A program made the position numbers and the translations under genes. Below the pieces are notes generated by a model. It worked only from the letters and a program-made list of their open reading frames with translations. It was not told the origin of the DNA and searched no databases. From contig NC_087437.1 in the NCBI RefSeq assembly GCF_036321535.1, positions 117,802,001 through 117,866,000 of the forward strand: 64,000 nucleotides of DNA. Direction: 5' to 3'. Below are positions 37,520-52,270 of this stretch, piece by piece. Within the stretch, counting starts at the first letter, position 1, and every line of letters starts with the position of its first letter. Source of the stretch: Camelus dromedarius. Taxonomy: Eukaryota.

Positions 37520-37875
37520 GATGCTGGACATCCATACAATAGAATATTATTCACCAGTAAAAGGAGCTACTCAATACAACATACATTTATTATGCTAAGT
37601 GAAAAGACAGTCATATGAGCAATTCTACTCATATAATAGCCTGGAAAGGCTAAACTAAAAGAACTGCAGTGTATCAATAGTTGTCATGAATGGGGAGAAG
37701 AGATGCCCTCAGAGGCATAAGGGAATTTTATGGGATGATGAAAAATGTTCAATATGCTAATTTTGGTGGTAGTTATACACTTACATATATTTATGAAAAT
37801 TCATGGAATTGTACACCTAAAAGAGTGAATCTTACTCTATGTAAGTTATTCTTCAGTGAATCTAATGTTTAAAAA
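37520..37875 (+). mobile_element. Old L1 3'UTR (L1MC/L1ME-like)
   Basis: ttatgctaagtgaaaagacagtc, and aaaattcatggaattgtacacctaaaagagtgaatcttact followed by an A tail. Confidence 0.65.
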
Positions 37876-39249
37876 AACCCAGATCTATTTTTCTAAAGAA
37901 AACTCAGATGCCACGTTTCATCCTGTCATCACTGATCCTACAAGTGAGTATAAACCGCACCCTTGTCTGTGCATTCCCAGAGTCCTGCTCTCTGTCCCGT
38001 GGTGGGTTCAGCTGGACAGGAGTTACCCACACCCAGGCCTGACGGCCCCACAAGACAGAAAGCTCACTCGGGGCCAGGGGATAACTTTGTAGTCCTACGT
38101 CCACTACCAGTATCAAAGGTATGGAGAGAGGAGCTGAGGAGAAAACCTTCAGTTTCTGCATTTTTAAATTCTACCCATCTCTAAAGATTGTTAGCCCTCT
38201 CTTAATCCCCTCAGAACAACAGTGCTGTCCTCCTTTGAGAGACACATCAGCGTGCACCTCCCTCCGCACCTTGTACCACAACCAGCAGGCTCAACGGGCT
38301 GCCGTGCTCTCTCCCTTCTCAAAACGTAAGCACTTTCGCTCACGAAGGTAAGGTCCATGGTTTGCTGTACTTACATCCTTCACAGGGTCCTGTATCTATT
38401 AGAGCCCAGATACACTCGAGTGGGATAAAAAAAGTTCTATAAATTTAAAATACATAAAAGCAATTGCAAAATATATTCCTTTCATTGGGTAAAGATGGAT
38501 CAACACTGGTCAATACTGGTCTTCAGATCTTGGGTTTCCTTTATATTTCACCAATATATTATTTTAAAAAATTATCATTTCAACCTTGGATTTAAGTAAT
38601 GTGATCATTTGTCTTCAGATTCTTGCAGATCAGTTCCTCTAGAGCATAAAATTTAGAAGTTAAAACTATGTATTGGATATGTGCCCAATATATTCCAAGG
38701 CAACCTTATTTCAGAACTATAATTTTCCAAGATACGGAAGTATAGCAAATAGGTGGCTTGGTATTTTCATTGTTCTGTTAGAAAGAATGGATTAACCAGA
38801 ATAAATTCTTAGTAAAATAGAATGGATACAAGTCTTTGTGTAGCTAGCCTTTAAATCTTTTTCTCTCTCACACACACCCCACTGAAATTCACTTTTGAAT
38901 CCAATCCCCCTAATGAATGACATGGCAGAGATCCTTGACAACCTATCAACAGCATATTTAAAATAAAAAGACGAAGCCTGATCAAAGCCTGTAGTCAGAA
39001 ACAAACCACCATTTACCCAATAGAAAAGAACATGAATGGAGAAAGATGTAAGTCCTTTGCCGTAAGTTAGACACACCCATTTGCTAGCAAGCAGCGCTCA
39101 GTAAAAGTTGGTCCACTTCGTGTCCTTTCTTTGGTGGTTCAGTTACCAAAGTATAAAAATAATTCCACTCTAAGGTGCCCCGTCCTATAAAATGGGTCAG
39201 CAACATGGACCCGGAGCAGAGCACTACATGTTTTAGCTCATCGTAGGGA

Positions 39250-39266
39250 TGTGTGTGTGTGTGTGT
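39250..39266. repeat. (GT)8 microsatellite
   Basis: Seen directly. Confidence 0.9.
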
Positions 39267-39611
39267 TGATAAGGAAGTTTCTAGTTTCTTGATTTCATAA
39301 GGATCTTAAAAAGAAAACCTATGGACAAGCCAGCTTGCAAATGACAGAAAGCATGAAAAAATAGACATCTGAAAAGAACACAGCTGAGACTGGGTTCTAG
39401 GCCTTTCCATAATACAACCAACAGGAGAGAAATGTGGATGCGAAAGGCAGAGAGCCGCTGGTGGGCTGGGGGGCCCAGAGCCCGTGCCCATCTCCCTCAA
39501 GTCAGGGGAATCCCAGAGAGAGAAGCACGTGGCTCCCTGCCCCAGATACGAGGGGACAGGCATGCTGTGACAACCAGCTGGACTTCTACCGTCCTCTCCA
39601 CTCTGCTTTTA

Positions 39612-39986
<375 letters not shown>

Positions 39987-41238
39987 TCAGGCCACCTCGG
40001 CCAGTAGAGGAAGTGATGGATTCCGAACACACATCATAGAAAACAGGCACCAGATACACCAAGCTTTTTTTTCTTTCCTCCAACGTTGAAATTCTTGTCT
40101 AGGGAAAAACACCTTTATTCAAAATGACTGTATTTCAAATTCTGACATAAAGAGTAAGAGACCCTACAGATAGTTTCTACCTAAAAAGCCAGATTTGATG
40201 AGTGTTAAGTAGTTCATGAATTATTCACAGAAGTCACAGTAGAATGACTACAGAAGTTGACATCTCTCATGTGACTAAACACATTTTTTGTGTTCCTAGG
40301 GACTTAACATGAATGCAAACAAGGAGTGCTTCAGGGACACGGCATCAGAAGACCTCCTGTGATGCACACATCTGAGACAACAAGGAGAATCCCAGCACTG
40401 CAGACTTCTCTCCTACGTGTGTCGCTTCCAGCCTAGAAATACGATGCACTGCTGGCATCATTTAATGTCACTGAAACAAATAAGTCAGGTCATTGCACTA
40501 AGACAGCACAAACCCAAAACACTACTCTCTTCAGAGTGCTTGCGTTCAAAGAGATAATTGTGCAGATGTGATATGCTATGATCATAGATGTGATGAATGA
40601 AGGATATGAAAGACCCATGTGAAACCATTCTGGAAAATCAACTTAGAAATAATAACCCAGGATTAAGGTCTCAGGAGATTTGGGGGAAGATGGTAGTTGG
40701 ATTAACCTGCTATGTTGCCCGTCCCTCTTCTGGGACTAAGAGGATGCGGTCCAGGCCTTGCAAGGCTGATAGAGCTTCTCTCTTCTCTGACCTGAGTCAG
40801 AAGATTTGGGGGTAACACTCATGGGTAAGGACCAATTCCACCTTCCTGGGGAAAGCCCGAAGTGTGGACCGAATGTGTGTTCTAGACAGGAGCTGCTAGT
40901 CTCTGTGTCCCCAGAACCTACACAGGAGCTGAACAGGTGGGCAGTCACCTGTTCATGCAGGAAATGTCAGGCTTTGCATCTGGGGAACGAGAGGGGGATG
41001 CACTTCCTTCCATTGTCTCCACACCAAACTGACCATTTACCTCTTGGCAACCCTCAGCTCACAGTGGCAGAGACTTGGCCGTGCCTTCCCTCCCTTACTC
41101 CTACTTCAGGTATCTGGGCCCCTAAAGAGACAAAGGAAATTAATAATGTATCTAAGGGGACCTTTCACAGGGAACAAGAAGGGCAAGCAGAATCCCTCCA
41201 ACAGGTGGTTTCTATCAAAACAGAACAACTAGAGAGGA

Positions 41239-41351
41239 TGTATGTGTATCCATGACTGGGACAGCGTGCTGCACACCAGAAACTGACACATTGTAACTGA
41301 CTGCACTTCAATTAAAACAAAACAAAACAAAAACAAACAAACAAACAAAAA
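41239..41351 (+). mobile_element. Short L1 3' tail with AAAAC/AAAC-patterned A tail
   Basis: catgactgggac...agaaactgacacattgtaactgactgcacttcaattaaaa is the same family as 23995-24034 and 54025-54242. Confidence 0.75.
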
Positions 41352-41416
41352 TGTATATATAACAGGGTTCCATTTCCACTAAGGATGGAGTAAGACACAA
41401 AAGAATAACACTTCCA

Positions 41417-43072
41417 GGAGGTTTATTGTATCTTGTCTTATGTTTAAGTCTTTGATCCATTTTGAGCTTATTTTTGTGTGTGGTGTAAGGGAGTGTTCTA
41501 GCTTCACTGATTTACATGCTGCTGTCCAGTTTTCCCAACACCATTTGCTGAAGAGACTGTCTTTATTCCATTGTATATTCTTGCCTCCTTTGTTGAAGAT
41601 GAGTTGACCAAAAGTTTGTGGGTTCATTTCTGGACTCTCTATTCTGTTCCATTGGTCTATATGTCTGTTTTGTACCAATACCATGCTGTCTTGATGACTG
41701 TAGCTCTGTAGTATTGTCTGAAGTCTGGGAGAGTTATTCCTCCAGCCTCTTTCTTTTTCTTCAGTAATGCTTTGGCAACTCTAGGTCTTTTGTGGTTCTA
41801 TATAAATTTTATTATGCTTTGTTCTAGTTCTGTGAAATATGTCCTGGCAAGATACAATAAACCTCCTAGAAGAAAATATAGGCAAAACATTATCTGACAT
41901 ACATCTCAAAAATGTTCTCCTAGGGCAGTCTATCCAAGCAATAGAAATAAAAGCAAGAATAACCAAATGGGACCTAAGGAAACTTACAAGCTTCTGCACA
42001 GCAAAGGAAACCATAAGTAAAACAAAACGACAACCTACAAAATGGGAGAAAGTTTTTGCAAACAATGAAGCCAATAAAGGCTTGATCTCCAGAATATACA
42101 AGCAGCTCATATGGCTTAATAAGAAAGACACAAACAACCAAATCTAAAAATGGGCAGAAGACCTAAACAAGCAATTCTCCAAGGAAGAAATACAAATGAT
42201 CAATAGGCACATGAAAAAATGCTCAATATCACTAATTATCAGAGAAATGCAAATCAAAACTACAATGAGGTATCACCTCACACCAGCCAGAATGGCCATC
42301 ATTCAAAAGTCCACAAATGACAAATGCTGGAGAGGCTGTGGAGAAAGAGGAACCCTCCTACACTGCTGGTGGGAATGCAGTTTGGTGCAGCTGCTGTGGA
42401 AAACAGTGTGGAGATTCCTCAAAAGACTAGGACTAGACTTACCATGTGACCCAGGAATCCCGCTCCTGGGCATATATCCAGAAGAAACCATACTTCAAAA
42501 AGACACCTGCACCCCAATGTTCGTAGAAGCACTATGTACAATAGCCAAGACATGGAAACAGCCTAAATGTCCATCAACAGATGACTGGATAAAGAAGATG
42601 GTATATTTATACAATGGAATACTACTCAGCCATAAAAACCGACAATATAACGCCATTTGCAGCAACATGGATATTCCTGGAGAATGTCATTCTAAGTGAG
42701 GTAAGCCAGAAAGAGAAAGAAAAATATGATATGAGATCGCTCATATGTGGAATTAAAAAAAAACATAAATACAAAACAGAAACAGACTCATAGACAGAAT
42801 ACAAATTTGTGGTTGTCAAGCGGGCAGGGGGTGGGAAGGGACAGACTGGGATTTCAAAATTTGTAGATACTGACAGGCATATGTAGAATAGAGAAACAAG
42901 ATTATACTGTATAGCACAGGGAAATATATACAAGATCTTGTGGTAGCTCACAGTGAAAAAAAAATGTGACAATGAATATATGTATGTTCATGTATAACTG
43001 AAAAATTGTGCTCTACACTGGAATTTGACACAACATGGTAAAATGACTATAACTCAATAAAAATGTTTTAAA
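41417..43072 (+). mobile_element. 5'-inverted (twin-primed) truncated L1 with perfect 18-bp TSD
   Basis: Inverted arm 41417-41847 and direct arm 41848-43072 ending AATAAA plus A tail. TSD aaaagaataacacttcca at 41399-41416 and 43073-43090. Confidence 0.96.
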
Positions 43073-43090
43073 AAAAGAATAACACTTCCA

Positions 43091-45650
43091 TTCTAATAAC
43101 AAAAAAACTGTTAATCTACAAAATCATACTTTTCTTTGAATGAATCAGAAAGTTGGAGTCACAGGCAAACTACTAGGTAGACCTCATTGCAAAGCATGAA
43201 AAACCCTGCAAGGAGATAAGGCACAGGTAAAGAATTTTATCTTTGGCACATGGTGAGAACACAAGGTCCTGGGCATGAAAGCAGGTAAGAAGTAAAGAAC
43301 TGGAAAAAAGCATAACCTACTTCAGTTTCTACTCTTTACGCACCATGGCCAAAATTCAATAAAATATGACACACACAAAAAAAGTCAGAAAAAAAGAATC
43401 AGAGAAGAAATCATCAATAGTTTTGAAAACTTGGTATGGAACTATCAGACAGGGACTTTACAATGACTGTGATTAATACCCATATATAGGTGGGGGATTC
43501 AGAAAGAATATTAAAAAATACATGAAAGAGATAAATAAAATGTCAAAAATAACAAACACAATATTAAGTCTAAAGAATTCCTTAAGCTAATCAGTAGATT
43601 GGACATGGCAGAGAACATAACTTGAAGCTAAGTCAATAGAAATTATCCAGATTAAAACAAAAAGTGCAAAAGAGTGAAAAATAAAGAATAGATTATCCTA
43701 GAGCTCTAGCACAATATCAAATGTTCTAACATTGAGCAATTACAGCCTAAAAAGAGAAGCAAAAAAGATAGGAGTCGAAGAAATAATATGTGAAATATGG
43801 AAGTCTCTAATACCACCATCAATCAATTTGACTTCACTGACATTTACAGAGCTCTGCACCCTGCATTAGCAGAATGCATACTGGCTGGGAGTACACGTGG
43901 AACTGCTATCCAAAGAGACAAGACTGTGGGCCATAATACAACATGCTGTAAGATAAAATAATACAAATTATATTCTAAGTCCAGAGGAAAACTGAAATTG
44001 CAATCAATAGCAGAACTATACCCGGGAAAACCTCAAATATTTGAACATTAAATAATATACATCTAAATAACTCATGAGTCCAAGAATAAATCATGAATAA
44101 GTAGAAATATATATATTTAGAGTTGAATAAGAATGTGAAAACAACATATCAGAATGTGTGGGATGCAGTTAAAAGCAACACGTAGATGAAAGTTTGTAGC
44201 ATTAAACATTTGTATTGGAAAAGGAAAAAATCACAAATCAATGATTAAAGCATTCACCTTAAGAGGCTACTATAAGAAGAGCAAATAAAACCCAAAGAAG
44301 GGGTAAGTAAGAAAATAATGAGGAAAACTGAAATCAATGAAATAAAAAACAGAAAAACTATAGAGAAAATAAATAAAACCAAAAGCCAGTTCTTTGGGGG
44401 AAAAAAGTAGATAAGCCTCTAGTTGGACTGATCAAGAAAAAAGAAGGCACAAGTTACAAATAACTATAATGAAAGAGGCCATCACTGTAGACACTACTTG
44501 AATTAAAAGGATAATAGAAAAAAATATTAGGAATAACTTTGTGCCAATAAATTTGAAAACTTACATTAAATAGATAAATTTCTGGAAAGATACAAATTCT
44601 CAAAGATCACTCAAGAAAAATTAGATAACCTTAATAATCCTCTATCTATAAATAAATTTAATTTTTAGTCAATAACCATCCACAAAGAACATTCAGAGCC
44701 CAGACAGCTTCATTAGTGAATACTATCTAACACTTAAAGAAAAACATTATCAATTTTACACAAAGTCTTTCAAAAAATACAAGACGAGGGAATACTTTAT
44801 CACTGATTTTACGAGGTCAGTATCATTTTGATACCAAAATCAAAGACCTTAAAACTCTAGACCAATATCCCTAATGAACACAGACGTAGAGATCCTTAAC
44901 CAAACATTAGGATTTATCAGCAATAATATGTCATCAAGAGAGAATTACTCTATGAATGCAAGGTTGGTTTAAATTCAAAAATTAGTCAGTGAAATTCATC
45001 ATAACAACAAAGAGAAAAAGAAGCACAATATAATTACTTGAATAGATAAAAAGAAAAAAGAAAAAATATTTTATAGAATGAAACATCCTGATAAAATCTC
45101 ATAGTAAACTAGTCACAGAATGGAATAACTTGGCAAAAGGTTTCAAAAGACTCACAGCTAACATTATACTTAATTGTAAAAAAAAAGAAATTATTTTCCA
45201 TCAGAGATCAAGAAAGAGATAAGGATGTCTGGTCTTGCTCTGTTTATTCAACATTGTTCTAAAGAATCTAGCAAGAGCAATAAAAAAAGAAAATGAAATA
45301 AAATACATATGATTTAGAAAAGAAGACTATAACTGTCTTCATTCACAGATGATATATTTACTTGGATAATCAAAGAGTCTACAAAAATGTTGCTGTAAGT
45401 GCTTTTAGTAAAATCACAGGATACATCAAAATACAAAATTCAAAAATAATTTTATTTTATATATTAGTAACAAGCAATTGGAAATTGAAATAAAAAATAA
45501 ATTTGCATTAAAACATTAAATATTTAGAGACAAATTTAACAAGTCTGGCCTACTGAAAACTATAAAAGTTACTGATAATTACGGAAGACCTAAATACATA
45601 TTTATGGAGCACTAAACCATGTTCATGGAAAAAGTTCTCAATATTTTCAG
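43091..45650 (+). mobile_element. Old decayed L1 (5' region, ORF1 and ORF2 remnants)
   Basis: Recognisable ORF2 landmarks: gaatgtgtgggatgcagttaaa, agaccaatatccctaatgaacacagac, ttcattcacagatgatat. Confidence 0.8.
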
Positions 45651-45651
45651 A

Positions 45652-45862
45652 CAGTGATTGAAAATTTTTTTCTATAAAGGCCAAGTAATAGGTATTTTAT
45701 GGTTTGCACGCCATATGGTTTGTCACAAGTACTTATTTCTGCCACTGAAGCATGAAAGTAGCTAGAGAAAATACATAAACAAAATCAGCATGATTGTGGT
45801 CCAATAACATTTATTTACAAAAGCAGGTTTTGGGCAGAATTTGACTTGTTGGCTGACATCTG
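45652..45862. mobile_element. MER58A-like hAT-Charlie MITE
   Basis: ttttctataaaggcca...tctgccactgaagcatgaaagtagc...gtccaataacatttatttacaaaagcagg, with cag...ctg ends. Confidence 0.7.
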
Positions 45863-46669
45863 ATACAATGGTATGTGAAAAGCATAGATGTAATATAATT
45901 GTAAAGTTGGAAGTGGGGATATACTAACAATACTCACATATTTGGATTAGTTCTTTATCTCCTACCTAATGTATGAAATACAACACCATTCTAAGTAGAA
46001 AAAAATTTAATTCACCTTATTTGTAAAGAATTCAAAATCATGGATGAAAAAGTCTTTAAAATATAATAATATTTTAAAATAATTTCAATACGTTGCTTTC
46101 CTCAGTATCAGCTACTGAATATTTTACAAAGTGAGACAAAACGAACAAAATCATTCTTATCCCTGTATCTGTTCATTCCTTGGGAAAAGTTAAAAAGTTG
46201 TCAAAATGTATAAAATGTGAAATTACAAGAGAAACATGTATAATATAGATCATTTAAAACTTAATTCATATGAAAATTCACGGAAGATTTAAACAAGTAT
46301 TTGATGAATAATGAACATATCAGTAAATGTGTGACTGATTTTGGAAAATAATGAAAGCTATCTACTAGTTTACCTATTGGGGTTTTAAAACATGAGAATT
46401 TCAGATTAGGAAACTGTGAATTTTTTTCTCAAAAATTTAAACAGTGAAACAAGTAGCTGCCCTCTTTTCTCCTCAAGATTCCATTATTCTGGGGGATTAA
46501 AGCATTCCTAATCTTTTATAAGCCCATATAAAATTGTGGTTTGTCTTTACCAAATGGTATTTATTGTCCAATTATTAAGCACCTACTCTGTGGTGGATCT
46601 TGGGCAAGTAGCTATGGTTACAAAAGTTTGTGGCCTCTTTCTAAATCTCTCTCTCTGAGGTCAGAACTC

Positions 46670-47010
46670 ACTCTGCAGAAATGTGAGCTGCCATATTGTG
46701 AGTGCCCTAATGGAGAGGCTTCCAAAAGGGACTCCCTCAACCTACCATCTGTGAGAAACTGAGTTCTGCCAGCAACCACATGAGTGGGTTGGAAGATCTT
46801 CCCCAGTTGAGCCTTGATATGACTGTATCCCTGGCCAACAATCTGACTGGTAATTTGTTACACAGCAATTACATTGTGAGAAACTAGGTAATTAGGTAAC
46901 CTTTATTTCCTTTACTTCCACCTGTAAAATGGAGGTAACAGAATCTCCTTCATAGGGTGGTGTATGCATTTATATTTAAACTAGGGTATGGCATATAGAA
47001 ATCCCACATG
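46670..47010 (+). mobile_element. MLT1-like LTR fragment followed by MIR fragment
   Basis: gaaactgagttctgccagcaaccacatgagtgg (MLT1) and cacctgtaaaatggaggtaacag...catagggtggtgt (MIR). Confidence 0.55.
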
Positions 47011-48934
47011 ATTGTTGTTTGTTTTTTCTAATTTCTGCTTCTAATTATTTAATCATTTTATGAGTAGTTGACTTTATGTCTTTCCCACTCCACAAGACTA
47101 AGGATCATGTTGAAATGAACCTCTCCACTTACCAATCAACATCAATAGAGAGAAAGATATAATGGTAGCCATTCTCTTGGGTTAATCCTTGAAGTGGAAT
47201 TTTGTACATTTAAGTGTTAAAATATACTGCTAAGTTGCTTAGTAAAAAGTAGGAGCAATTTTATTTCCACTGGTGCTGGCTAAGGTTAATTATTTTCCTC
47301 ACACATATACACTATTAATCTTCTTGATCTTCATCAATACAGCATATATCTCATCAGTTTACATGATTTTACTAATTTTGGGGTTGCGTTTGCTTACAGA
47401 TAAGTTTAAGCATCTTGTCATGAATGTATCAGTAGTTTGTACTTGCTCTTTGGTGAACACTCTATCTTCTTTGCTCATGTATCTTTTTGTCTTTTTTTCT
47501 TTCATTTGTCAAAGCACTTTGGGTCCTAAAAAGTGCTCCTATATTCCTATTTAACAAAACTTAATTTTTATACTTGTTGTTTTAATTAAGATTGGATGTT
47601 GAATATTATTAATACCTTTTTATCATCTATTGAGATGATCGTATGTTTTTCTCCTATAAAATTTATTGTATCTTTTAAGGATTTGATTTCACAAATTATA
47701 AAATGCCTTCTTATGGATAATATGTTCTTTAGGGTAAGGATAAAGAATATTATTGGAACTTAAAAATCAAAGAAAAAATCTTTAATTTTTATTTAAGTGC
47801 TTAAATTTGGTCATTTGAAAATCTATAAAGGCTGTTGATGGTTTCTTCAAGTTACTGCAAATTTGAAGCGAGATCTAGTTTAGTACACACAACCTGAAAA
47901 TTCAGCCAAATGTAGAATTAAAAAATACATCTACAGTACAGCAAACCAGAACATCTGAAAACACTATGAGAGTTACTAATTATGTAAAACCGTGTTACAA
48001 TCCTGAAAATCTAATGAAATACTGATAGAATGTGAGAAAGTTATAGGATTATACATGTCAAAACCATAAATGTTTCCTTTTCCTCAAAGAATTTTCACCA
48101 GAAAAATACTTATAATAGTTGACATATTCATACTAAAGAATTACAATATAAAATTTAGCTACCTTGCTAACCTTTCTGAATTAAATAGCTGAAAAGGATT
48201 ATCTAATAATTCCTATCTGGACCAAGGGAAGCCTCTGCATTACTAAAAGGTCCTCATGGAGACAGATAAAGCACAAATGCAATTGAAAACAATTAAATTT
48301 TTTTTTAATCTGAAAATGAACCTAACTTGAAGGGTTCCACGATTTATAAATGCGATCACTCTTGCTAACAGAACAACGGTGAACCAGTTCATCCACCCTA
48401 AGGACAACAGTCCCAAGGTCAGTACTGGTTAATTTGAGGGAAGTGGACCTGACCATGGTTTGACAGAATTCTTGGTCATCTATTTTAGATTCATCATTAT
48501 TGTACCGAGCAATATTTAACACAGTGCATGCTATATTTCAAAACTTTACAATCTTGTTAGCAGAAGGTAAGCACTCTGGGTAATTAGCTGGAAGACAGAT
48601 GTATAGCAACCAGAAGTCATTAATTAAAAAGCTGTCAGTTTTCTGAGGATAGCTGGGGTCAAGTGGGGACAATTTTAATGCTCCATTTCATGAAAAAGAA
48701 ACATTCAGGCATTAGGTGAGGCACACACTGACTTACTGGGTATGTTAATACAGTGGGACCTTTCTTATTTATTGGAAAAATACGCCCAGCAGTGTTCTCA
48801 AGGACTTAGTGGGTGGGAAGAGCAGAAAAAGGATTGCTTCCTGTCACCAAGTGAGCCTGCTTTGAAGGAGCCGCAAATACAGTCATTGGTCCATCTTTTC
48901 TTACATTCTGAAGTCTTGGCTGGTCTGCAGTGAG

Positions 48935-49060
48935 AACACTTGACTAAGAGCCAGAAGAGCTGGGTCCTAATGCTGTCTCTGAAACTTATGAATTGTGCCC
49001 TTGAGCAAGGGGCCGATTCTCACGGTATTGTTAATTTTATCACATATGAAACGGGAAGAA
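48935..49060 (+). mobile_element. MIR fragment
   Basis: gagccagaagagctgggtcctaat...tgtgcccttgagcaag. Confidence 0.5.
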
Positions 49061-51639
49061 GACTCCATTTACAGAGTATACAGATCGTTCACACGAAAGG
49101 AAGCAAGGCTGCATGAAGGTAAGTGAGTGTCCATGCCCACATGCTGGGACCAGAAGAAGGTGGTCCATGAGCACATGCAGAGTCCCCCAGCAGGGTGGAC
49201 GAAGATCGATTTGGAGTAGAATATAATAGGAGAGAGGAGATCACTTTTATGCTCCTGGGGTTGCACACAAATGCTAAGGCTGGAAGCGACTCCTTCTCCT
49301 CACCAAGGAATCAAATCACAGTCCCTTTCGTCCTTATGGAGAGGGTGCCGTTGTCCTGAGGAATGAGTTTGTTTCCTTGTTCAGGGAGAGGGCGCTCCTT
49401 CTCTGAGAACAGCTGGCGGGTTGAAGGGAGTGAGTAGGTACAAAGACAGAAGTGGGGTGGGACAAGGAGAGAGCAGGTGCCCATAGCAACAGCAGACGCA
49501 CCTCTTTCAGGCATAGCAGCTGGGAACGGAACCTTGATCTGTGATAGATGACTGGGTTCTGGGGGTCCTGTTCCAGAGAAGAACCCTGAAGTGGACAGAG
49601 GCACAGTACTGAAGCACGGGTCCAGTTCCAGGCTGGGGGGCTATTCCCAAGACCAAAGAAAGAAGCTTCCACGTGGTACAAAATGCGCCTGTCATGTTTT
49701 GTATGTCTGCATCTTCGCATTAGACATTGTCTGCCGATCCTTAGCACTACTGCTGTCCTTCTAAACTCTTCTCTAATTTACAGCGACGGGAAGCCTGAGG
49801 AAAACATTTCCCCAGCTGATTGCGTCCCCAGGTTCTGGTTTGTATTTCATCAGTAAGAGGCACTTGAATATGATTTGGAAGATGCCAGGAAGGAGAAATC
49901 ACCTTCTCCTTTAGAAGCAGTGAGTTGACGTGTGGGCAAGATGCCAAACATCCAAGTCCCGGAGAACAAACCACTGCTTTAGTTCTCTGGGCGGCTGTAG
50001 CCACAGATGGGAGGGGCTTCTTGTGGTTCCCACATTTCTCAAATTCCTTAAAGGTAGCTGGATTCCTCCCATCTGTCTACAAATTTGCACGCATCTAATT
50101 CCCCGTACTCAATTTCTTCTTAATAAAACACCACACCCTAACTGGGACAGCGTCAAGGTTATTTCTTTTGTACATCTGTATGTTATTGTGTTCACTGTGT
50201 AATTCTTTCTTTCTTTAATTTCTTCCTGTCTGTCCCGAAGAATCCTATCCAATGAAAACAAATGAATTCAGGTGGCCTAGATTAGGGCCTGCCCAGAGGT
50301 TGTTAGAACTTGGTGGTCCACTAGTTTATCACACCAGTTTCATGACTTCAACTCTGTACCTAACCTGTAAGGATCCTTATTTATCATCAGGATGGAATAT
50401 TTGTTCCTCGTTCACTTATCAGAAAGTAGAACCATGAACTGACACAAATCAGCACTTACTGATGGGACAAGTGATGCTGGAGGCAGCTTAAGCGGCTGGA
50501 CTTGGCTGGTGCCACCTGGGCTTTGCACTGGGACTGTGGGCAGTGAGGCACCCCTGCAGCTATGTCTACCATACCGAGTCCTCAGCCACCTGAAGCAAGA
50601 GCTCCCCAAACATCTGTCCTCGGTGGGGCTGTCTCTAACCACAAGAGGACTGCTAGAAAGTTCCTGGGGAAAGACGAGAAAGGAGAAAGACAGAGGAGTG
50701 GAGAAAAAAGAAGGGAAGGGAAGGCAAGATGGACCCTGGGGCCCAGCATCCTGGTGACTCTACCAAGGCTCGGGTAACTGCAGCTTCCTTGGGTGGGAGT
50801 AGGGGTCGGTCTAAGATGGTCTCAGAGTAGCTCCCAGAGCCACAAAGACTCCACTTATTTTGGCAGAGAGAATGGCTGAAGTTTTCTATCCCCAGTGAGT
50901 TTTATTCTATCATCACAGGAAGAAAATAAAACAATATGTTGAACACCTATCGTCTCTGTTCTGCTCACCGTCCTTTTCCAAGAGCTCATTGTTGCTCAGT
51001 GAGACCCACTGTTCCCACTTGGCGACGAGACAAGCAGAGCTGCTTTGTGGTACCTGCGGAGTCATGTTTGACTTCGAAGTTGGGTTTATTTTCACCACTA
51101 ATGTCACAGGTGTGCTACAGCTAAGAGCAGGAAGGGCACAGGGAGAGGGGTGAGAGAAACAGGCAGGAAAGGGGGAGTCCCATCCCACTGCAGCCCTCTG
51201 TATGTGTTAGAAGAGTGGAAGAAAAAAAGGACTCCGCAAATTAAGAACAACTTCACCTTTGCCCGTAAAAGAAAGAGACACAGACAGCTGCAGAGTCAAT
51301 AAACACTGGCTGTGGATGTAACACCTTTCCACACAGAAAACCAAAGAGGATCAACGAAAACTGTAGGCAGAAGCTTACAAATACTCACTACCACAGACCA
51401 AAGTAAAAAAGCAATAGAATTACAGTGGACATAAAAAACATCTGAGTAAATGGACTCTCCATGATACTGTCTGGGAGGCTCAACAGGTGAGTGATGCTGC
51501 TGTTCTCCATGGCAACCTTTAAGTTTATTACCATCTGCTGAGCTTTCCAGAATATTATCTTTCAGTTTGATAAAATTTGCCTAACATTTATCTAGAGGAA
51601 ACACACAAACAAAAATTCATGTGAGAAATCTAGGACATT

Positions 51640-51768
51640 AAAAAAAAACTTTAGGGGAGGTGGTAACTAGGTTTATTTATTTACTTATTTTAATGGAGGC
51701 ACTGGGGATTGAACCCAGGACCTCATGCATGTTGACCAGGCACTCTACCACTGAGCTATACCCTCCCC
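51640..51768 (-). mobile_element. tRNA-derived SINE, camelid Vic-1 type, inserted in an old L1 fragment (about 51280-52020)
   Basis: Minus strand reads ggggagggtatagctcagtggtagagtgcc...gaggtcctgggttcaatccccagtgcctcc...aaacctagttaccacctcccc. A and B boxes are intact. Flanks aggacatt / aggacgtt. Confidence 0.85.
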
Positions 51769-52039
51769 TCCAGGACGTTTTTGAAAAAGAAAAATAATGA
51801 GGGGAGGATTGTTGTATGAGATATTAAAACACATTAGGAAGAGACAGACCTCTAATATGCATGGTCCTGGGGCAAGAAAGATGGGTCACTGCAACAGAGA
51901 GAGGGATTCAAAAACAGACTTCAGCAGATGCTTGTTTTTTCATAGACTATAAAGGAATTCAAGTTAGCGGGGAAAGGTTGGGCTACTCAATACACGGTTT
52001 TAGGACAATTGGCTGACCATGTGAGCCGGTGATGACGAC

Positions 52040-52270
52040 AATAATGATGGTAACAGATAATGTGTACTGACTAACTGCTGTGTGCCAGGCACCATGATAA
52101 ATGTTTTCCATGAATCATCTTATTAAGTCATCACATTAATCCCCTTATTTTATTTGCTTCCCATAGAAGGAAGCTGTGGTTCATGCAGTAATTTTCCTGT
52201 AGTAACCCAGAAAGATGGTGTATGTCTGGGGTTTGAACTCAGCTCACTTTAAGTGATGATTTCTACTACC
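52040..52270 (-). mobile_element. MIR
   Basis: tgctgtgtgccaggcaccatgataaatgttt...ctggggtttgaactcag. Confidence 0.6.

Noticed and set aside
51690..51768. Functional tRNA genes here and at 33338
   Set aside because: The heads are tRNA-like but lack a proper acceptor stem and continue into SINE tails with TSD-like flanks.
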